Shown here one piece after another: positions 1 through 8,350 of a DNA stretch of 51,000 nt. The position numbers and the translations under genes are program-made. The notes beneath the pieces are model-generated. The model was not told the DNA's origin. It saw only the letters and a list, made by a program, of their open reading frames with translations, and did not search any database. Numbering within the stretch: the stretch's first letter is position 1; each line of letters opens with the position of its first letter. Source of the DNA: Fidelibacterota bacterium (lineage in GTDB: Bacteria > Fidelibacterota > UBA2242); NCBI GenBank assembly GCA_041645495.1, contig JBAZPZ010000004.1, positions 1 to 51,000 on the forward strand. The letters are read 5' to 3'.

Positions 1-421
1 AGAGTTTCAGAAAGTCCTGATTTTGCATGAGCGACTGGAAATCTTTGCTCTGCATCAGGTTTTGAAATTGGGCTTCGCCCGTAAGTTCAATCGAAAAGTC
101 ACTTTTATTCAGATTATACAGGGTATTGATCAGGCCTTGTGTCAGTTTTAAGTCTGCCAGCGATGAGAATTGATGTTGAAACTGACTTTGCGAAGCGGCT
201 TTCAGGAACTCCTGACTCTGCGCCAGTCTGAGGAAATCCTGACTCGTGAATAAATTCTGAAACTCGGCGTTTTGAATCATCGACCGGAATTCCTTGTTCT
301 TCATTAAATTCTGGAATTGCGCGCTCTGAACGACCTGATTGATTTTCAGCGTATCCAGAACGACGTCTTTATCCGAGAATTGTTCGCCCCGGAATTTGTT
401 GACTTTCTGGGCGCCGCCCAT
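1..421 (-). CDS. Hypothetical repeat protein, N-terminal 140 codons (the gene runs off the left edge)
   Basis: Absent from the ORF track because it is edge-truncated. Hand translation of the minus strand from the ATG at 421..419 gives MGGAQKVNKFRGEQFSDKDVVLDTLKINQVVQSAQFQNLMKNKEFRSMIQNAEFQNLFTSQDFLRLAQSQEFLKAASQSQFQHQF..., with no stop down to position 2. An AGGGGA SD-like motif lies a few nt upstream. Phe recurs with an exact 9-residue period. I recognise no family. Confidence 0.45.
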   Translation of the reverse strand, partial: MGGAQKVNKFRGEQFSDKDVVLDTLKINQVVQSAQFQNLMKNKEFRSMIQNAEFQNLFTSQDFLRLAQSQEFLKAASQSQFQHQFSSLADLKLTQGLINTLYNLNKSDFSIELTGEAQFQNLMQSKDFQSLMQNQDFLKL

Positions 422-652
422 GGTTCCCCTCGCTTTGTCGAGAGCTGCCGGCGGCCAAAAGAGTGAAAAGTATCCGATCAAAACGACGACAACGACGATT
501 CCAGCGATGAACCAATCCCGTTAGCCGTAAACCGGTTCCTTCACAAATGTCATTTTCATTTTACGAACCGATTGTGTAAACTCGTCTTAGCATGAATTTC
601 GGAAAATACGAGTCGGGACGATGAAGTGAGAACAAGAAGAAGGAAGACGAAT

Positions 653-1612
653 ATGAGACGAGAGCAATGGCAATTCGGAAATCGGAAAAAATATGTATGG
701 ATGGCAGTGACTTTATGCGCAGGAATTATTTCTTTGGTATCGTGCACAAAAAGTACGGCTCGACACGAAGGATTCGTCCAATCGGGCGATGCGCGGATTT
801 ATTATTACACAATCGGAAGAGGAGAACCGATCCTGATGATCAATGGCGGTCCGGGAATGGAACATACTAATTTGACGCCGCAAATGGAACGACTGTCTGA
901 AAATCACCGTCTGATCTTTTATGATCAGCGCGGAGTCGGTAAATCAGAAGCGCCGATCACGCCGGAATCGATCACGCTGGATAATTACATCGAGGATATC
1001 GAGGTGCTCCGAAAAGAATTAAAAATCGAGAAGATCGATCTGCTTGGTCATTCCTTTGGCGGGCAATTGGCGATGCTCTACGGCATTAGGTATCCGGAAA
1101 ACCTGAGGTCGCTGGTTTTGGTTTGTCCGGCCAGCGCATCGTCAGATTTTTATAAACCGTTTTCGGAAAATTTTGAGCGAAAGATCACGACAGCAGACCG
1201 GAAAACACTGACAAAAATCTTCGAATCGGACGATTTTCAGCGACGTAAACCGACAGCGTTTCAGGAATATTATCAGGTTTATTTCCGCCCCTATTTTTTC
1301 CGGCAGGACAACGCAAACTTAGTGAATATGCAGGTGACCGAATTGACGGCAATGAATTCCGATTCGGTGTCGGATTTGTTGTCGCCATATCTGAGCGAGT
1401 ACGATTTTCACGCCGATCTGTCGAAAATTACATGTCCGACGTTAATCATCGCCGGAGACTCCGATTTGATTCCTCTCGAGTTTATGGAGCGTATCCGGAA
1501 AGCGATCGGCGGCTCGGAATTGGTCGTTTTAAAAGAGTGCGGGCACTTTCCATATGTCGAAGTCCCGGAAATTTTTCTGGATACCGTTGAAAAATTTCTG
1601 AACCAGCTATGA
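653..1612 (+). CDS. Alpha/beta-fold hydrolase, proline-iminopeptidase-like, probable lipoprotein
   Basis: ORF 626..1612. It has a GHSFGG nucleophile elbow, an N-terminal MINGGPG oxyanion-type motif and a C-terminal GHFPYVE (catalytic His). The signal peptide ends in the lipobox LVSC. ATG 653 is preferred over GTG 626, and ATG 701 is also possible. Confidence 0.8.
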   Translation: MRREQWQFGNRKKYVWMAVTLCAGIISLVSCTKSTARHEGFVQSGDARIYYYTIGRGEPILMINGGPGMEHTNLTPQMERLSENHRLIFYDQRGVGKSEAPITPESITLDNYIEDIEVLRKELKIEKIDLLGHSFGGQLAMLYGIRYPENLRSLVLVCPASASSDFYKPFSENFERKITTADRKTLTKIFESDDFQRRKPTAFQEYYQVYFRPYFFRQDNANLVNMQVTELTAMNSDSVSDLLSPYLSEYDFHADLSKITCPTLIIAGDSDLIPLEFMERIRKAIGGSELVVLKECGHFPYVEVPEIFLDTVEKFLNQL

Positions 1613-1740
1613 AACCGAGTGAATCGGCGTTAAGAAAAACTGTTTCCATTTTCGTCGAATTTTGTTACTTTGAACGGTATTCGATTGAAATGGTTTAGTG
1701 AGATTTTAACTGACGGAGTTAGTTGCGTGGAGAGTCATTC

Positions 1741-3345
1741 ATGTTCACTATTATAGGCAAGTTTCTATCCGGGTTAGGACTTTTTTTTACCGGCATCGAA
1801 ATTCTGTCCAATAATCTGAAACAGGCTTCCGGCAGGCGATTTAGACAGATCGTCGCCCGGTGGACGGGCAAAGACTGGAAATCCGGCGTTTTAGGTACGC
1901 TGGCTGGCGCCATTATGCAGAGCAATTCCGCCATTACCTACATAACGGTCGGGATGATCCGGAGTGGCCTGATCTCGGTGCGGCGCGCATTGCCGATTAT
2001 CGCCGGCGCGAACGTCGGAACGGCGACACTTGTCTTAATGGCGACACTGGACATTAAGTTGTTCATGCTTTACCTGTTAGGCGTCGCCGGGCTTTGTTTC
2101 GCGTTTGATAGACCCGCCAAATACCGCACACTGGTCGGAGCGTTGCTGGGAATCGGCCTGCTTTTTCTCGGCATTTTCATGATCGATGAAGGATCACGTT
2201 CTCTCCAAAATTATGAATGGTTCAAGACGATTCTGCTCCTGACGTCGAAATCGTACATCTTTGCATTTCTCATAGGCGTGATTCTGACGATGATCGCGCA
2301 ATCTTCGGCGGCTGTTTCTGTCGTGGCGATCACGATGGCAAGCATCGGACTCTTCAGCATCGAACAGACGATGATGATCATTTACGGCACGAATGTCGGC
2401 TCGGCTCTGATTTCGTGGCTTATGTCGGGCGGGCTTAAAGGAAATTCCCGGCAGATCGCCATGTTTTCGGTGTTTTACGATTGCTTCGGCGGAGTGATTT
2501 TTGTGATTCTGTTTTATGCCGAGATTTACCTGCATGTGCCGTTGATGAAGGCGTTGATCACATCGTTGCCCGGTTCCGTCCAGCAACAGATGGCTTATTC
2601 GTATCTGATTTATAACCTTTTTACGGGAATTGTTCTCTGGAAGTTCTTCGACAAAACCGGTCGCGTACTGGAAAAATTCTATCCGCCGACGGAGGAAGAG
2701 GACGAGTCGAAGGTCAAATTTATTCACGACGGTGCGCTGGTTTTTCCCGAATCCGCGATGGAACTTATCGAAAAGGAACAACTTCGGTTGGCGAATCGGT
2801 TTCCCAAATATATGGATAACGCGCGGTGCATCGTCGAAAAAGGAACACGCGATGGCGTCATCGAATCGTATCACAATGCCTTTTCTTCGGTTGTGAACGA
2901 GATTCAGAATTTCCTGACCGATCTCGTCGAAGAACGGACGTCGCCGCATTCGTCGGAGCGGTTACTTACAATCCAAAACAAGCAGAGCATCATCGTTTCG
3001 ATCGAAGAGAATCTGTACAACTTGGTCAGGACGCTGAATCAATCTCCATGTAACCCGGCGGCGCGTTCGCTGGTGCAAAATTTTATCGAAGGTCTGGACA
3101 CGATTTTGCTCACCGCGATCGATGCACTGGACGACGCCGAAGATTCGACTGCCGAACTGCTGAAAAACATCACGCAGGACAGAGGCAGTACGATGGAGCG
3201 CATCCGAAGCACTTATTTATCCGGCGAAAGCGCCCTCGACATGCAGAGTAAAGCGACGCTTCTCTATGTAACCAATCTTTTCGAACGAACCGTCTGGATG
3301 TTGAATCGGCTGTCCCGGTTACTCGAAGTGAAGGAAAGCAAATAA
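1741..3345 (+). CDS. Na+/phosphate cotransporter family protein (NptA/YjbB-like) with a C-terminal PhoU-like helical domain
   Basis: ORF 1723..3345. The polytopic membrane N-terminus carries the duplicated motifs GANVGTATLVLM and GTNVGSALISWL, typical of Na/Pi cotransporter repeats. The C-terminal roughly 200 aa are soluble and helical. ATG 1741 (MFTIIGKF...) is preferred over TTG 1723. Confidence 0.8.
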   Translation: MFTIIGKFLSGLGLFFTGIEILSNNLKQASGRRFRQIVARWTGKDWKSGVLGTLAGAIMQSNSAITYITVGMIRSGLISVRRALPIIAGANVGTATLVLMATLDIKLFMLYLLGVAGLCFAFDRPAKYRTLVGALLGIGLLFLGIFMIDEGSRSLQNYEWFKTILLLTSKSYIFAFLIGVILTMIAQSSAAVSVVAITMASIGLFSIEQTMMIIYGTNVGSALISWLMSGGLKGNSRQIAMFSVFYDCFGGVIFVILFYAEIYLHVPLMKALITSLPGSVQQQMAYSYLIYNLFTGIVLWKFFDKTGRVLEKFYPPTEEEDESKVKFIHDGALVFPESAMELIEKEQLRLANRFPKYMDNARCIVEKGTRDGVIESYHNAFSSVVNEIQNFLTDLVEERTSPHSSERLLTIQNKQSIIVSIEENLYNLVRTLNQSPCNPAARSLVQNFIEGLDTILLTAIDALDDAEDSTAELLKNITQDRGSTMERIRSTYLSGESALDMQSKATLLYVTNLFERTVWMLNRLSRLLEVKESK

Positions 3346-3347
3346 AT

Positions 3348-4649
3348 ATGACAATTACATTTGAACAACAGTCGGATGTTTTGATCGGGAAAATGACAGG
3401 CAGGCTGGATTCCGTCAGCGCCAATGAAACAAGCGAAGCACTTAGTTCACAGGTTAATTCGGGCGCCTACCGGATCGTTCTGGACATGGCGAATGTCGAT
3501 TATTTATCGAGCGCGGGCATCCGCGTTTTACTCACGCTCAAGAAAATGATCGTCAAACTCAACGGCGACGTGAAATTGGCCGGCGTTCAGCCTTATCCGC
3601 TTAGCATTCTGAAAATTTCCGGTTTCCTCACGATTTTCAGTGTTTATGCCACGGTCGAATCGGCGCTCGCATCTTTTTCAACGGAAAAGACCGGAAAGGA
3701 AACCGAAGCGGTTTCATTCGATGAATTTCAGATGGCAAACGCCGTCTGGCATGTTTTTCCGCGAAGCACTGAACCGACCCGGATTCGGGTGAGCGGGGAC
3801 AACCGCGATTTCCTTTTTGCGAGATGCTCGCGCGCCGGAATCGTTTCGACGGGTTTATCGAAGATCAAATACTCGCTCGGCATTGGCGCAATGGGTGAAA
3901 CCGTCGAGAATTGTTACGACCGGATCGGCGAACTGATGGTTTTGAACGGCGCGTTGATCTGGGTTCCGACAGACGCTCATAACGTTCCGGATTTTCTGAT
4001 CCCGCGAGGCGAAGCCGACGATGTGAAAATCCATACGGCTTTCCACGTGATGCTGGATGACAATTTCAACGAAATCGTGGCGTTCGATGCGACCGACAAG
4101 CAAGAAGGTTTGTCTTTGAAAAATCTCTATCAGGAACTCTTTTGTCTCGCCAGGCAACGGAATCCGGAATTCAGCGGATTGATTGGAATCGTCATGCGGG
4201 CAGACGTCGGTTCTATTTTCGGCGCCGGGATCAAACGCGCGCCTATCGTCGAAAATGCACCTGCAAACGGCGAATCGATCACGCATCGCGACAACATCAA
4301 AGAGTGGCTGAATTTCCAGATCGAACCGGAATATCCGAACACGACCGCGTTAGTCGTTGGCGTCGGATTGGATGTTCGGTTTTCGATCGATCCGACGACA
4401 ATCCAGTCGATTTTTTCCCTCGATCAGCAAGGAACGCGGTCGCCGCTAACGCATAGCCATTCGGCGATATTCCAATTTTTACCGTCGGGACAGCATCCGA
4501 TCCAGCTGGAAGCCGAAATCAAGGACATCGTCGAGAACGGCGAATTTCTCGGCATGGAGCATCTTTTGGATAAATCGACTTTCAAAAAAGGCGTGATCGG
4601 CTTGAGTTATATCCGGGAAATCGTTCTGGAGAAAGCGGAAAAGATATGA
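3348..4649 (+). CDS. STAS-domain protein (SpoIIAA/RsbV-like anti-sigma-factor antagonist fold, residues ~1-110) fused to an unassigned C-terminal domain of ~320 aa
   Basis: The N-terminus LDMANVDYLSSAGIRVLLTLKK...LAGVQPYPLSILKISGF matches the STAS pattern (compare SpoIIAA ...FMDSSGLGV...). The candidate phospho-acceptor is Ser54 at 3507..3509. I match the rest of the protein to no family. The start is 2 nt after the upstream stop, and the stop overlaps the next start (ATGA at 4646). Confidence 0.8.
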   Translation: MTITFEQQSDVLIGKMTGRLDSVSANETSEALSSQVNSGAYRIVLDMANVDYLSSAGIRVLLTLKKMIVKLNGDVKLAGVQPYPLSILKISGFLTIFSVYATVESALASFSTEKTGKETEAVSFDEFQMANAVWHVFPRSTEPTRIRVSGDNRDFLFARCSRAGIVSTGLSKIKYSLGIGAMGETVENCYDRIGELMVLNGALIWVPTDAHNVPDFLIPRGEADDVKIHTAFHVMLDDNFNEIVAFDATDKQEGLSLKNLYQELFCLARQRNPEFSGLIGIVMRADVGSIFGAGIKRAPIVENAPANGESITHRDNIKEWLNFQIEPEYPNTTALVVGVGLDVRFSIDPTTIQSIFSLDQQGTRSPLTHSHSAIFQFLPSGQHPIQLEAEIKDIVENGEFLGMEHLLDKSTFKKGVIGLSYIREIVLEKAEKI

Positions 4650-5515
4650 TACTCTGGATCGGCGCGATCACACAAGGACTCGGCTATGCTTTTCTGGCGC
4701 TGGGCGTCTATCTGACATTCCGCGTCCTGAAATTTGCCGATATGACCGTGGACGGCAGTTTCGTGACCGGCGCATCCGTTACGGCGATTTTAATCATTAA
4801 CGGCGTTCATCCGTTGCTCGCGATGCTGGCGGCGATTGTTGTCGGTAGTCTTTTCGGAATGTTAACCGGATTGATTCATACCAAATTCAAGGTCGATCCG
4901 CTTTTGGCAAGCATTCTGGTGATGACCGGGTTGTATTCTATCAATCTGCACATCATGGGGCGGTCGAATCTGCCGCTAATGAACGAACGAACTGTCGTTT
5001 CAATCGTCGAAGGCTGGAACTTCGGCATTCCGGATTTTTGGATCGTCCTGGCCGCTTTTCTGGTTGTAGTTCTAATCTTGAGATGGATGCTGGTAGTGTT
5101 TTTAAAAACCGATCTCGGACTCGCTCTGCGGGCGACGGGCGACAATCCGCAGATGATCAGTGCGCAGGGCGTGAATACCGACACGACGAAAATCTTCGGG
5201 CTGGCGCTTTCCAACGGACTGGTCGCCTTTTCCGGCTCGCTCATCGCCCAATATCAGGGATTTGCCGACGTTGGAATGGGCATTGGAATTTTGGTCGCTG
5301 GAATCGCATCGGTAATTATCGGCGAGTCCATCGTCGGGAAGAAAAGCGTAAACCTGCTGATCTGGGGCGTCATCTTCGGTTCGATCCTGTTTCGTCTATT
5401 GATCGCGCTGGCGCTGAAAGCCGGATTGAATCCGATCGATCTGAAACTGGTAACGGCAGTTTTCGTTTTTCTGGCGTTGGCGTTGCCGCAGATTCGGAGG
5501 TTTTTCAAGAAATGA
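4646..5515 (+). CDS. ABC transporter permease (COG4120-type, partner of PF04392 binding proteins)
   Basis: 289 aa polytopic membrane protein. It has the branched-chain/BMP-like permease signature ...DLGLALRATGDNPQMISAQGVN.... It lies directly upstream of the cognate ATPase with an ATGA overlap. Confidence 0.85.
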   Translation: MILWIGAITQGLGYAFLALGVYLTFRVLKFADMTVDGSFVTGASVTAILIINGVHPLLAMLAAIVVGSLFGMLTGLIHTKFKVDPLLASILVMTGLYSINLHIMGRSNLPLMNERTVVSIVEGWNFGIPDFWIVLAAFLVVVLILRWMLVVFLKTDLGLALRATGDNPQMISAQGVNTDTTKIFGLALSNGLVAFSGSLIAQYQGFADVGMGIGILVAGIASVIIGESIVGKKSVNLLIWGVIFGSILFRLLIALALKAGLNPIDLKLVTAVFVFLALALPQIRRFFKK

Positions 5516-6324
5516 TTCGGTTGGAAAAAATCTGCAAGACGTTCGTACACGGCGGCGGCGACCGCATCTTGGCTTTAAATGCCGTCGATGTATTCATTCC
5601 GGAAGGCGAATTTGTGACGGTTATCGGAACCAACGGTTCCGGGAAATCGACGTTTTTAAATGCCATTGCCGGAAAATTTATTTGCGACTCCGGCAAGATC
5701 ATTCTCGATGGAAAAAATGTGACCAATCAGCCGGAATATAAACGCGCCGGATTGCTCGGAAGAGTTTTTCAGGATCCGTTTACCGGAACATCACCCGGTA
5801 TGACGATTTTCGAAAACCTGAGAATCGCGATGTTGAGAGGCATGCCGCGCCGCCTCAAACTCGGACTCTCCGAATCCGAACGGAATCGATATTACGACGA
5901 ACTGAAAAAATTGGAAATGCATCTGGAAGAACGGTTGAACGCCACCGTCGGACTGCTTTCGGGCGGACAGCGTCAGGCGCTGACTCTGCTCATGGCGACG
6001 ATCCGCAAGCCGAAAATCCTGCTTTTAGACGAACACACCGCCGCTCTCGATCCCAAAGCCGCCGAACAGATTGTCCGGCTCACGAAGAAAATAGTCGGCG
6101 AAAATCATTTGACGACCGTGATGATCACACATTCCATGACGCAGGCTCTCGATCTCGGCAGTCGGACGATCATGATGCACAAAGGAGCCGTCATCGGCGA
6201 TTTTTCCGGCGACGAGCGCAAGCGGATGAAGCCGGTCGATTTGCTGAATCGGTTCAATGAACTGCGGAAGCAGGAATTGATGGACGAGGAATTGGTAAGC
6301 ATGCTTCAGGAAGGATATTATTAG
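5512..6324 (+). CDS. ABC transporter ATP-binding protein (COG1101-type)
   Basis: Walker A GTNGSGKST, signature LSGGQRQ, Walker B ILLLDEHTAALD. True start is MIRLEKICKTF at ATG 5512. The ORF-track start at 5038 is an in-frame read-through of the permease gene. Confidence 0.9.
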   Translation: MIRLEKICKTFVHGGGDRILALNAVDVFIPEGEFVTVIGTNGSGKSTFLNAIAGKFICDSGKIILDGKNVTNQPEYKRAGLLGRVFQDPFTGTSPGMTIFENLRIAMLRGMPRRLKLGLSESERNRYYDELKKLEMHLEERLNATVGLLSGGQRQALTLLMATIRKPKILLLDEHTAALDPKAAEQIVRLTKKIVGENHLTTVMITHSMTQALDLGSRTIMMHKGAVIGDFSGDERKRMKPVDLLNRFNELRKQELMDEELVSMLQEGYY

Positions 6325-7317
6325 ATGATGAAAAGTGAAATGAAACGGTTCACGACAATATTCATATTGGCGACCTCGGTCTTCACGATGATGCAATGCC
6401 GGAGCAAATCGGACGAAAAAGTGACGACGATCGGTCTGTTTCAGTTCGCTTCCCGAATCACTGTCGATGAGGCGATGAAAGGCGTGCGCGACGTTCTCGC
6501 AGACAGCGGATATATCGACGGCAAAAATTGCCGAATCATTTACCGGAATGCGGAAAACGATTTTTCGACGGCGCAGTCGATGGCGAATGAATTCGTCGTG
6601 AAAAATGTAGACATCATCATCAGCATTACCACTCCTTGTCTGCAGGTGACGGCGAACGCGAACAAAACGATTCCGCATGTCTTTGGAATGGTTACCGATC
6701 CGTATTTGGTCGGTGCCGCAAAAAGCCCGACGGAACATCAGCCGAATCTAACCGGATTGGCGACATTTCAGCCGGTCGCGGACGGCGTTGATCTGATCAA
6801 ACGGGTTCTTCCAAAAGCGAAACGCATCGGCGTGATCTGGAACCCATCGGAAGTTTGCTCGCAGGCATGTTTGAGCAGAATGCGTCCGGCGATGCAAAAG
6901 AACGGATTTGAACTCATCGAAGTTACCGTCACCAGCACTAATGAAGTTCAGATGGCGGCGCAAAGTCTTGTCGAGAAGAAAGTCGATGCCATCTACATTT
7001 CCGGAGATAATACTGTCGAACTGGCGATTGCCACGATAGCCGCCGTCGCAAATCCGGAGAAAATTCCCGTCGTGACCAATAATCCGATGCACACCGAAAA
7101 AGGCGCGCTGATGAGCATCGGTGCCGATTATTATACCGTCGGAAAAGAGACGGCGAAACTTGCCGTTCGCGTATTGAAAGGTGAAAAGCCTGCGGACATT
7201 CCGATCTCGGATCTCTTGCCCAAAGAGTTGTGGCTGAATCGGGAAGTCGCAACGGAGATGCGAATTCGTTTTCCGGAAACTGTCGTTGCGCAGGCAAAGA
7301 AAATTGTTGGTAAATAA
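6325..7317 (+). CDS. ABC transporter substrate-binding protein (PF04392/COG2984-like), paralog 1
   Basis: Signal peptide with Cys (TMMQC). It shows conserved blocks shared with the next ORF (IGxxQ..., ...DGKN.RI.Y(F)QNA..D..T, ...II/VTISTPCL, RIGV/PWNPSE, KVDAIY/V.S.DN.V). It starts immediately after the ATPase stop. Confidence 0.85.
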   Translation: MMKSEMKRFTTIFILATSVFTMMQCRSKSDEKVTTIGLFQFASRITVDEAMKGVRDVLADSGYIDGKNCRIIYRNAENDFSTAQSMANEFVVKNVDIIISITTPCLQVTANANKTIPHVFGMVTDPYLVGAAKSPTEHQPNLTGLATFQPVADGVDLIKRVLPKAKRIGVIWNPSEVCSQACLSRMRPAMQKNGFELIEVTVTSTNEVQMAAQSLVEKKVDAIYISGDNTVELAIATIAAVANPEKIPVVTNNPMHTEKGALMSIGADYYTVGKETAKLAVRVLKGEKPADIPISDLLPKELWLNREVATEMRIRFPETVVAQAKKIVGK

Positions 7318-7328
7318 GGAGAACCGAA

Positions 7329-8288
7329 ATGTTCAAACGACTAATGGTTATATGGATGCTCGGTTGTGGAATCTGTGGATTTTTCGGTTGTGGCCGATCC
7401 GATGCTCTGCCGACGGTAGGCATCGTTCAAATTTTGGAGAATCCACAGCTGGATCAGGGACGATTCGGCGTCGTGGACGCGCTGAAGAAAGCCGGGTTTG
7501 TCGATGGAAAGAACATCCGGATCGACTTTCAGAATGCGCAGGGCGATCTGCCGACGATCGATATGATTTTACAGAAATTCGTCAGCGAAAAGGTCAAACT
7601 GATCGTGACGATCAGTACGCCGTGCCTGATCTCCGCCTGCAATAATGTGAAAGATATTCCGGTCGTTTACACGATCGCTTTTCAGCCGGAGGTTCTCGGC
7701 GTTAAAAGCGTACCGCCGAAGATCGTCGGAGTTTACGATCCATTGGAAACCGACCGGATCGTCCAACTGATGCGGAGATTGATTCCCAGGCTCAGGCGCG
7801 TCGGTATTCCATGGAATCCGTCGGAAATGAATGCGCGCTTAGCCGTGGAAAGTATGAAGAAAACCTTGACGCGGAATCGGATCGACATCGTGGAAATGGC
7901 CGTCGCCGGAACTTCGGAAGTGTATCAGGCGGCGTCTGCGCTTGCCAACCAGAAAGTCGATGCAATTGTCGCCTGCTCGGATAACAGCGTGTACGCGGCG
8001 ATCGGCTCGCTGGTGAAAGTCGGCGAAACCAGTCGGATTCCGATTTTTGTCCTTGAACCGACGATCGTGCAGGGCGGAGCGAGTGTTGGTTTGGGAATCG
8101 ATTATTACGACTGGGGTTCTGCCAGCGGCGAGTTGGCGGTTCGAATATTGAAAGGCGAATCTGCGGAAGACCTTCCGGATGTAGCTCTCGAGAAAAAGAA
8201 ACTATATCTGAATCTGACACACGGAAAGGCGCAAGGTCTCGATTTTCCGCCGGATTTGGTGAAGAGCGCCGACAAGATCATCCCATAA
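7329..8288 (+). CDS. ABC transporter substrate-binding protein (PF04392/COG2984-like), paralog 2
   Basis: Lipobox-like GFFGC. It is clearly paralogous to 6325..7317. AAGGAG sits at 7316..7321, 7 nt before the ATG. Confidence 0.85.
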   Translation: MFKRLMVIWMLGCGICGFFGCGRSDALPTVGIVQILENPQLDQGRFGVVDALKKAGFVDGKNIRIDFQNAQGDLPTIDMILQKFVSEKVKLIVTISTPCLISACNNVKDIPVVYTIAFQPEVLGVKSVPPKIVGVYDPLETDRIVQLMRRLIPRLRRVGIPWNPSEMNARLAVESMKKTLTRNRIDIVEMAVAGTSEVYQAASALANQKVDAIVACSDNSVYAAIGSLVKVGETSRIPIFVLEPTIVQGGASVGLGIDYYDWGSASGELAVRILKGESAEDLPDVALEKKKLYLNLTHGKAQGLDFPPDLVKSADKIIP

Positions 8289-8350
8289 ACAACGATGACG
8301 GTCATATGAAAATGGAACACTCCGACAGGATGCAACACAAGGAAAAATGT

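Noticed and set aside
339-524. A + strand 61 aa ORF at the left edge.
   Set aside because: It overlaps the longer open minus-strand frame (1-421 and beyond), which has a regular repeat architecture and an SD-like motif. The + strand peptide has no features.
1613-1740. A possible Pho box or riboswitch upstream of the Na/Pi cotransporter.
   Set aside because: I could find no tandem CTGTCAT-like repeats and no convincing conserved stem-loop architecture by eye. The region is only 128 nt.
5038-5511. N-terminal extensions in the ORF track: the ABC ATPase from 5038, the sensor phosphatase from 9100, the hypothetical protein from 25496, truA from 27011, batB from 36751, purC from 30839 and psd from 31540.
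   Set aside because: The extensions overlap the 3' end of the preceding gene in another frame. They encode Arg/Gly-rich nonsense, and each has an internal ATG that yields the canonical family N-terminus or a signal peptide. I used the internal starts.
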